From the NCBI GenBank assembly GCA_043810345.1, contig JBDROF010000018.1, positions 97,651 through 161,650 of the forward strand: a stretch of 64,000 bases of DNA, read 5' to 3'. Source of the stretch: Bacteroidota bacterium (GTDB lineage: Bacteria > Bacteroidota > Bacteroidia > Bacteroidales > FEN-979). The translations under genes and the position numbers were made by a program. Below the pieces are notes generated by a model. The model did not search any database. It saw only the letters and a list, made by a program, of their open reading frames with translations, and had not been told where the DNA came from. This document shows positions 17,407 to 24,362 of the stretch, one piece after another (positions within the stretch are counted from its first letter, which is position 1; the number at the start of each line of letters is the position of its first letter).

Positions 17407-18247
17407 AGGGCTGATTTTCGACATCAAACGGTTTGCTGTCCACGACGGTCCCGGAATCCGTACCACCATCTTTTTCAAGGGTTGTCCTCTCTCCTGCTGG
17501 TGGTGTCATAATCCGGAGAGCCGGGATAAGAAGCCGCAAAAATCGGTCAAACATTTTTCCCTGAATGGAAAACTCTTTGAAAAAGAAGAGATTACGGGCT
17601 ACAGGAGAAGTGTAGAAGCGATCGTTCAGGAGGTTGAAAGAGACCTGATCTTTTACGAGGAATCGGGAGGTGGGGTCACCCTATCGGGAGGAGAGCCGCT
17701 GTATCAGCCGGATTTTTGTGAGGCCCTGCTGAAATCCTTGAAGAAGAATGGCTTCCATACAGCCCTGGATACCTCCGGTTATGCATCTGAAGAAGAGATC
17801 CGTCGTATCCTGCCTTATACCGATCTTTTTCTGTACGATCTGAAGCTTATGTATGACAAGGAACACCTGAAGTACACCGGTGTCTCCAATAAAATCATTC
17901 TCGAAAACCTGAAAACTCTATTCGAATCCGGAAAACAGGTAATCATCCGCTTCCCCGTCATCCCCGGCATCACCGACACCCCCTCTAATATCCGTTCGAT
18001 CATTGACTTCCTCACACCACTGCACCATTGCACCACTGCACCCCAACACTTTTCACCACCTCACCACCTCACCACCTCACCACCTGAACTGCATCTCCTC
18101 CCCTACCACACGACTGCAAAAAACAAATACCGCAGGTTTCAGATGGACGATAACATACCACCCGGGAATAAACTTAAACATGGGCGGTTAGAACAACTGA
18201 AAAAAAGGTTTGAACAGTCCGGTTTCCGGGTAGTGGTCAGAGGGTAG
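17399..18247 (+). CDS. Glycyl-radical enzyme activating protein (radical SAM), minimal PflA-like form
   Basis: KGLIFDIKRFAVHDGPGIRTTIFFKGCPLSCWWCHNPES (CxxxCxxC), GGVTLSGGEPL, ELHLLPYH..KNKY. There is no Cys-rich ferredoxin insert after the cluster motif. The GTG at 17399 gives the typical N-terminus. The ORF-track ATG at 17339 would overlap the M64 gene by 68 nt. Confidence 0.88.
   Translation: MTKGLIFDIKRFAVHDGPGIRTTIFFKGCPLSCWWCHNPESRDKKPQKSVKHFSLNGKLFEKEEITGYRRSVEAIVQEVERDLIFYEESGGGVTLSGGEPLYQPDFCEALLKSLKKNGFHTALDTSGYASEEEIRRILPYTDLFLYDLKLMYDKEHLKYTGVSNKIILENLKTLFESGKQVIIRFPVIPGITDTPSNIRSIIDFLTPLHHCTTAPQHFSPPHHLTTSPPELHLLPYHTTAKNKYRRFQMDDNIPPGNKLKHGRLEQLKKRFEQSGFRVVVRG
18013..18086. repeat. 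Morphing short tandem repeat lying in frame inside the activase CDS
   Basis: cacaccactgcaccattgcaccactgcacc..caccacctcaccacctcaccacctcaccacctg encodes HHCTTAPQHFSPPHHLTTSPP, directly before the conserved ELHLLPYH block. Confidence 0.85.
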
Positions 18248-18265
18248 CATGAAGAGATTTGTGAC

Positions 18266-18994
18266 ATGAACTCTGCAGACATCCGGTTTTACGAGGAATT
18301 GAATGATTTCCTTCCACAAATCAAGCGGAAAGTTTCCTGCCAGGTTTATTTTCGCGGCCATCCAAGCATTAAACATGTGATCGAATCTGAGCGGGTTCCT
18401 CATACCGAAGTAGACCTGATCCTGATCAATGGCCGATCTGTTTCATTTGCTGAAAAGGTGCAGAACGCTGACATCATATCTGTTTATCCTGTCTTTGAAT
18501 CGTTTGATATTTCCCTGGTCAGCAAGCTCCGGCCGGAACCCCTGCGTAATCCCCGGTTTATCCTTGATGTTCACCTTGGGAAACTAACCCGCTACATGAG
18601 AATGCTGGGATTTGATTCTTGTTTTTCACCTGATTACACTGACCGGGAGCTGGTTGGGATCTCATTGTCCCAGAACCGGACTGTACTGACCCGTGATCGC
18701 CAATTGTTGATGAAAAAAGAGCTCGAGCGGGGATACTGGATTCGTTCAGATCACATCATTGAACAGGTGAAGGAGGTGATGCGGAGATTTGACCTGGCAC
18801 GTCTTGTCCACAGGTATTCCCGGTGTACCCAATGCAACGGAACCCTTAGCCGGGTGGATGCATCCATTGCCCACGGACGATTTCCAGATCATGATTTTTC
18901 CCCGGACCTCCATTTTTCTCAGTGCGATACATGCAAACATATATATTGGCGGGGATCGCATTGCGATCGGTTCGACCAGGCTGTCCTGCCTTAA
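18266..18994 (+). CDS. Mut7-C RNase domain protein with N-terminal ubiquitin-like (Ub-Mut7C) domain and C-terminal zinc ribbon
   Basis: 242 aa. Motifs: FYEELNDFL...VYFRG.PSIKHVIES.RVPHTEVDLILING, FILDVHLGKLTRYMRMLGFDS, LTRDRQLL, CTQCNG...CDTCKHIYWRGSHCDR. Confidence 0.7.
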   Translation: MNSADIRFYEELNDFLPQIKRKVSCQVYFRGHPSIKHVIESERVPHTEVDLILINGRSVSFAEKVQNADIISVYPVFESFDISLVSKLRPEPLRNPRFILDVHLGKLTRYMRMLGFDSCFSPDYTDRELVGISLSQNRTVLTRDRQLLMKKELERGYWIRSDHIIEQVKEVMRRFDLARLVHRYSRCTQCNGTLSRVDASIAHGRFPDHDFSPDLHFSQCDTCKHIYWRGSHCDRFDQAVLP

Positions 18995-19024
18995 ATGGAG
19001 ATGGATCTCAATGTGCTTTTAATG

Positions 19025-19032
19025 TATCTTTG
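19025..19032 (+). promoter_or_regulatory. Candidate -7 box (TAnnTTTG) upstream of the glycyl-radical enzyme gene
   Basis: tatctttg lies 46 nt upstream of the ATG at 19079. Confidence 0.4.
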
Positions 19033-19078
19033 TTAAAATAAATAGCAAAGCGAAACAGGGAAATGTCGAGAGTATCGA

Positions 19079-21481
19079 ATGACAGATAGGATTAAAAAAC
19101 TAAGGGAGCAAACTCTTCAGGCGGTTAACCGCATCAACGCCGAAAGGGCGTTGCTGGTGACAGAATTCTACAAAAGCGGGATCGACAAGGAGGTGTCGAC
19201 GCCTGTGATGCGTGCCATGACATTGTTACACATCCTTCAGCATAAACACATCTGCATCAATGAAGGGGAACTGATCGTCGGGGAGCGGGGGCCGGCGCCC
19301 AAGGCATGTCCCACCTATCCGGAGATCTGCCTGCACTCCCTGGAAGACCTGGAGATCCTCGATTCCAGGAAAAAGGTCTCCTTTCAGGTAGACAAGGAAA
19401 CCCGGAAAGCATATGCCGGTCAAATCATCCCTTTCTGGCAGGGCAAAAGTAACCGCGACCGGATCATGCAGGCCATGGAGCAGGAATGGCTGGATGTATA
19501 CAATGCCGGCGTGTTCACTGAATTTCAGGAGCAACGGGCACCAGGCCATACCGTGGCGGGGGAAAAGATCTACCGGAAGGGGATGCTGGATCTGATACTA
19601 GAGATACGAGATGCAAGATCCGGGATAAAGTGGGAAAGTGAACCGGAAGCCGCTGCAAGGGAGGAAGAGCTGAAGGCGATGGAGATTGCAGCTAATGCCA
19701 TCATCCTGTTTGCGAACAGATGTGCGGATGTACTTGAAGGTCTTGTACCCCTCCCCCAGACCCTCCCAAACAATGGAGAGGAGAATCCAACATCCAGCAT
19801 CCCGCATCCAGGATCTGGCAACGAACTGCTTGCACTGGCCAGGATCTGCCGCAGTGTTCCGGCTCACGCTCCGGAAACTTTCCACGAAGCCCTGCAGCAT
19901 TACTGGTTTATTCACCTGGGCGTGATCACAGAGTTGAATCCATGGGATTCATTCAATCCAGGAAGGCTGGATCAGCATCTCTACCCATTTTATAAACGGG
20001 AAACTGAGGCAGGAACTCTGACGAGAAAGCGTGCTGAAGAACTGCTTCAGAGCTTCTGGATCAAATTCAACAACCATCCGGCCCCACCGAAGGTCGGGGT
20101 CACGGCACTCGAAAGCAATACCTACACCGATTTTTCACTGATCAACCTGGGAGGCGTTCAGGCCGATGGCTCAGATGCGGTAAATGAGCTGACATTCTTG
20201 ATCCTCGACGTCATCGAAGAGATGCGGTTGTTACAACCCAGTTCCATGGTCCAGTTGAGCAGGAAAAATCCAGATAGTCTGATCAAACGTGCCCTTCAGA
20301 TCACCAAAACCGGTTTCGGGCAACCCTCCTACTTCAACACCGATGCGATTGTGCAGGAACTTATGCGACAGGGGAAATCGGCAGAAGATGCAAGAAACGG
20401 AGGAGCAAGTGGTTGTGTGGAGGCTGGTGCATTCGGTACAGAAGCCTACATCCTCTCCGGCTACTTCAACCTGGCTAAGATCCTGGAGATCACACTGCAT
20501 AACGGCTTCGATCCCCAGACCCGGAAACAGATTGGTCCGGCATCCGGTGATCCGGCATCGTTCTCCTCATTTGAAGAACTGAGGGAAGCATACCGGAAGC
20601 AACTGAATCATTTCATCCATATAAAAATCAGGGGGAATAATACCATTCACCGGATATTTGCTGATCAGATGCCCGTACCATTCCTCTCCCTGATCATTGA
20701 TGATTGCATCACCAATGGAAAAGACTACAACGCAGGTGGAGCACGATACAATACCAGCTACATCCAGGGCGTCGGGCTCGGGAGTCTGACCGACTCCCTC
20801 ACCGCACTGAAATACCATGTGTTCGACCGGAAAACCATCTCCATGGCCGGATTTCTGGACGCCCTGGAGAAAAACTTCAATGATTACGATGAATTCCGGG
20901 TGGAATTGATTTACAACACACCCAAATACGGAAACGATGATGATTTTGCCGATGATGAGGCACGACTGGTTTTCGAGATGTTCTTTGAGGCGGTGGATGG
21001 TCAACCCACTTCCATTGGCGGCATCCACCGGATCAACATGCTTCCTACCACTTCCCATCTCTATTTTGGAAGTGTGATTGGTGCCCTGCCCGATGGCAGA
21101 AAAGCCAAACAACCCCTTTCCGAAGGGATATCTCCAGTCCAGGGAGCCGACACGAAAGGCCCCACGACCGTCCTGAATTCTGCCGCCAAAATCGACCATC
21201 TACGCACCGGCGGCACCTTGTTGAACCAGAAGTTCTCTCCTGAATTCTTTGATGGCGAAGAGTCCATAGATAAACTTACAGCTCTGATCCGAAGCTACTT
21301 CCGGATGAACGGACACCATATCCAGTTTAATGTCGTTTCGGCGGAAACCCTGAAAGATGCCCAGAAACATCCCGAGAAATATCGCGATCTGATTGTTCGG
21401 GTAGCAGGATATAGTGATTACTTTAACGATCTGGGAGAAGAGCTGCAGAACGAGATCATACGCAGGACGGAACAAAAGTAA
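19079..21481 (+). CDS. Glycyl-radical enzyme, PFL-like fold, Cys-x-Glu (dehydratase/lyase) class; substrate unassigned
   Basis: 800 aa. N-terminus TDRIKKLREQ..INAERALLVTEFYK, active-site loop GGASGCVEAGAFG, C-terminal glycyl radical motif RDLIVRVAGYSDYFNDL. Confidence 0.9.
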   Translation: MTDRIKKLREQTLQAVNRINAERALLVTEFYKSGIDKEVSTPVMRAMTLLHILQHKHICINEGELIVGERGPAPKACPTYPEICLHSLEDLEILDSRKKVSFQVDKETRKAYAGQIIPFWQGKSNRDRIMQAMEQEWLDVYNAGVFTEFQEQRAPGHTVAGEKIYRKGMLDLILEIRDARSGIKWESEPEAAAREEELKAMEIAANAIILFANRCADVLEGLVPLPQTLPNNGEENPTSSIPHPGSGNELLALARICRSVPAHAPETFHEALQHYWFIHLGVITELNPWDSFNPGRLDQHLYPFYKRETEAGTLTRKRAEELLQSFWIKFNNHPAPPKVGVTALESNTYTDFSLINLGGVQADGSDAVNELTFLILDVIEEMRLLQPSSMVQLSRKNPDSLIKRALQITKTGFGQPSYFNTDAIVQELMRQGKSAEDARNGGASGCVEAGAFGTEAYILSGYFNLAKILEITLHNGFDPQTRKQIGPASGDPASFSSFEELREAYRKQLNHFIHIKIRGNNTIHRIFADQMPVPFLSLIIDDCITNGKDYNAGGARYNTSYIQGVGLGSLTDSLTALKYHVFDRKTISMAGFLDALEKNFNDYDEFRVELIYNTPKYGNDDDFADDEARLVFEMFFEAVDGQPTSIGGIHRINMLPTTSHLYFGSVIGALPDGRKAKQPLSEGISPVQGADTKGPTTVLNSAAKIDHLRTGGTLLNQKFSPEFFDGEESIDKLTALIRSYFRMNGHHIQFNVVSAETLKDAQKHPEKYRDLIVRVAGYSDYFNDLGEELQNEIIRRTEQK
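19748..19820. repeat. Probable in-frame low-complexity repeat inside the GRE CDS
   Basis: cccctcccccagaccctcccaaacaatggagaggag..catccagcatcccgcatccaggatc encodes PLPQTLPNNGEENPTSSIPHPGSG, just upstream of the conserved ..LALARICRSVPAHAPETFHEALQ block. Confidence 0.5.
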
Positions 21482-21557
21482 TTGCCATCATTGCACATCA
21501 TTGCACATCATTGCGCATCATTGCACATTATTGCATATTATTGCGCATGATTGCCAT
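21481..21557. repeat. Tandem repeat, 10-bp unit (ttgcacatca and variants), about 7.5 copies
   Basis: attgccatca ttgcacatca ttgcacatca ttgcgcatca ttgcacatta ttgcatatta ttgcgcatga ttgccat. It starts on the last base of the GRE stop codon. Confidence 0.92.
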
Positions 21558-21597
21558 TCTTCATTATCTTTATCTTCCCGTACCAACATTTTTATCC

Positions 21598-21993
21598 ATG
21601 GAAAACGTAAATCCAACACCATCCAACAGCCTTAAAGCCACCCGCCTGATCATCCGGATCTTTGCCTCTTTGATCACGCTGTTTTACCTGCTGGTATTAG
21701 TGCCAAAATTCATCCAGACACTTTTAGGAGATTCTCCCGAAAGCCCTCCCGATGCAAGCTGGGAAGGGAACATGGTCACCATCGGATTCCTTGTTTACGT
21801 TCTGGGATACATTCTCACCTGGTGGCGGGGACTCGTTGGGGGGATCATACTTGTTGCAGCGGGTGCAATCATGTTTGCGTCACACATGGTTGCTGCACAA
21901 GGTGAATTGGAGTTTGTGCCCTTCCTTGTATTTTCCGGCCCAATGATCTTTGTCGGAGCCCTCTATATTATCTTCTGGTGGAAAAAATCCTAA
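21598..21993 (+). CDS. Small integral membrane protein, unknown function
   Basis: 131 aa from ATG 21598 with 3-4 hydrophobic helices. The upstream part of the track ORF (from 21511) is just translated tandem repeat. Confidence 0.6.
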   Translation: MENVNPTPSNSLKATRLIIRIFASLITLFYLLVLVPKFIQTLLGDSPESPPDASWEGNMVTIGFLVYVLGYILTWWRGLVGGIILVAAGAIMFASHMVAAQGELEFVPFLVFSGPMIFVGALYIIFWWKKS

Positions 21994-22011
21994 TCTAATT
22001 CTTCATTTCTG

Positions 22012-24360
22012 ATGGCAAAAACATACGCTTTTTGTTTTCTTCTGATCATAGCCGTGGTAAGTTCTGCGGTATATGCGCAGAAAACAGTACTGACACAGCC
22101 CGGAGCATTCAAATCGATGTACACCATTCCGCATGGAGTTGAGATCAAAGCCGAGCACGCACACCTGCAGGTCACCTGTTATAGTCCCTCAATCATAAGG
22201 GTCAGAATGAGCAAGGGAACGTTTGCACCTGATTTTTCCTATGCAGTAATTGAACAACCCGGGAGTTCTTTTGTGAAGGTCATTAAACACACCGATTCCA
22301 TCCTTCTTGAAACCAAAGTACTACAGGTTATTATCAAGAAAGACCCAATCCGGATAGCTTTCAGAAATAACAAAGGGAACCTTCTGTCAGAAGATTACCC
22401 TGAGTTCGGGGTAACCTGGCTGGGAGATGAGGTAACGAATCACCGGACCCTGTTTCCTGATGAAAAGTTCATCGGTCTGGGTGAAAAGACTGGCCCACTC
22501 AACAGGCGTGGGAATGCCTATGTGAACTGGAATCGCGACATTCCGGGTTATAGCGACCGGGAAGATCCGCTTTATCAGAGTATTCCTTTTTTTATCGGCA
22601 TCCACGACAGCCTGACCTACGGGATGTTCCTGGACAATTCGTACAAGACCCTGTTTAATTTCGGAGCCTCGACAGATGATCTTTTCTCGTTCTTTTCCGC
22701 AACAGGCGGTGAACTTGATTATTATTTCTTCGGCAAGAATTCCGTTGCCGGAATCATAGAAGATTACACCTGGCTAACAGGCAGAATGCCACTCCCTCCT
22801 TTCTGGAGCCTCGGATACCAGCAATGCCGCTGGGGATACTATCCCGAGTCGGAAGTGATGAGCCTGGCCCGAAAGTTCCGGGATAAACAGATCCCCTGTG
22901 ATGTGATCTACCTGGACATTGATTACATGGATGGCTACAAGATCTTTACCTGGCACCCGGATCGTTTCCCCGATCCACCAGAGATGATCAGGAAGCTCAA
23001 TGATTGGGGATTTCATATCGTTGTGATCGTGGATCCCGGGATCAAGATCGAGCCCGGGTATTTTGCCTATGATCAGGGAACTGCGAATGACTATTTTGTT
23101 AAATATCCGGGCGGGCAATTCTATACCGGAAGCGTTTGGCCTGGCCGTTGTCATTTTCCTGATTTTACAAAGGAAACGACACGGATGTGGTGGGGAGAGA
23201 GTTTTCAATCGCTGGTAGATGCCGGTGTAGAAGGTTTCTGGAATGATATGAACGAGCCTTCGGTCTGGGGCCAGAGTATTCCCAATATCGTGGAATTTGA
23301 TTTTGACGGCCACCAAACCACTATGGCCGAAGCACACAATGTGTATGGACTGGAGATGTCGCGGGCAACCTTTGAAGGGACCCGTACGCTGATGGGCAAC
23401 CGGCGTCCATTTATTCTTACACGAGCCGGTTTTTCGGGGATACAACGGTTTTCGGCTGTATGGACGGGCGACAATTCAGCCACTGATACCGACCTGCTGT
23501 TGGGAGTCAGACTAGTGAATAGCCTGGGATTATCCGGCGTTTCCTTTACCGGTCCGGATGTAGGGGGATTTATGAAAAGCCCATCCAAAGAGCTTTTTCT
23601 TCGGTGGCTATCCATTGGCATATTTACTCCATTCCTGCGAAATCATACTGTGGTGAATACAAAAGACCAGGAACCATGGTCATTCGGGGAGGATGCTGAA
23701 CTCCTCTCCCGTTCCATGATCAACCAACGGTACCGTCTTCTCCCCTATATCTATTCCATGTTTTACGAATCCTCTCAAACCGGAATCCCGGTTGCACGTT
23801 CACTGGCTATCGAATACCCTTATGATCCACTGGTCTATGACTGGCGATACCAGAACCAGTATCTCTTCGGAGAGGCTTTTCTGGTTGCTCCGGTGACCAG
23901 CGACCAGCTATACCAGAAGGTTTATCTCCCGGAAGGAACCTGGTACCGGTACTCCACAGATGCCCCATGCTCAGGCAGATCTGAAATCATTGTGGAAGCT
24001 CCATTGAATGATCTGCCGGTATTTATCAGGGGCGGCAGCATCGTCCCCATGCAATCAGACATTCAATATACTGAGCAAGAACCAGATCCTGCCCTTGAAA
24101 TTCATGTGTACCGGGGAGCCCATTTCAACGCCCTGTTATATTACGAAGACGATGGGACTACGTATAATTATAAAAACGGGATATATTGTAAACGGTTCAT
24201 TATTTTTGATCCCAAACACAGGAAAATCATATTCACACCAACCGAAGGATCCTTTCCTTCAAAGTTCTCAACTTTCAAGTTGATCTTCCACGGATTTGAC
24301 CAGGAGATCACTGAACAGAGTGTCCAAAATGTTGTCGAAAGTTTTGAAATTCCATTCTAA
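22012..24360 (+). CDS. Glycoside hydrolase family 31 (alpha-glucosidase/alpha-xylosidase type), secreted
   Basis: 782 aa with a signal peptide. GH31 motifs: IYLDIDYM, GFWNDMNEPS, VWTGDNSA, RNH..DQEPW. Confidence 0.9.
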   Translation: MAKTYAFCFLLIIAVVSSAVYAQKTVLTQPGAFKSMYTIPHGVEIKAEHAHLQVTCYSPSIIRVRMSKGTFAPDFSYAVIEQPGSSFVKVIKHTDSILLETKVLQVIIKKDPIRIAFRNNKGNLLSEDYPEFGVTWLGDEVTNHRTLFPDEKFIGLGEKTGPLNRRGNAYVNWNRDIPGYSDREDPLYQSIPFFIGIHDSLTYGMFLDNSYKTLFNFGASTDDLFSFFSATGGELDYYFFGKNSVAGIIEDYTWLTGRMPLPPFWSLGYQQCRWGYYPESEVMSLARKFRDKQIPCDVIYLDIDYMDGYKIFTWHPDRFPDPPEMIRKLNDWGFHIVVIVDPGIKIEPGYFAYDQGTANDYFVKYPGGQFYTGSVWPGRCHFPDFTKETTRMWWGESFQSLVDAGVEGFWNDMNEPSVWGQSIPNIVEFDFDGHQTTMAEAHNVYGLEMSRATFEGTRTLMGNRRPFILTRAGFSGIQRFSAVWTGDNSATDTDLLLGVRLVNSLGLSGVSFTGPDVGGFMKSPSKELFLRWLSIGIFTPFLRNHTVVNTKDQEPWSFGEDAELLSRSMINQRYRLLPYIYSMFYESSQTGIPVARSLAIEYPYDPLVYDWRYQNQYLFGEAFLVAPVTSDQLYQKVYLPEGTWYRYSTDAPCSGRSEIIVEAPLNDLPVFIRGGSIVPMQSDIQYTEQEPDPALEIHVYRGAHFNALLYYEDDGTTYNYKNGIYCKRFIIFDPKHRKIIFTPTEGSFPSKFSTFKLIFHGFDQEITEQSVQNVVESFEIPF

Positions 24361-24362
24361 TT

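Noticed and set aside
21481-21557. Possible CRISPR array
   Set aside because: The units are 10 bp and contiguous with no spacers, and there are no cas genes in the window. It is a simple tandem repeat.
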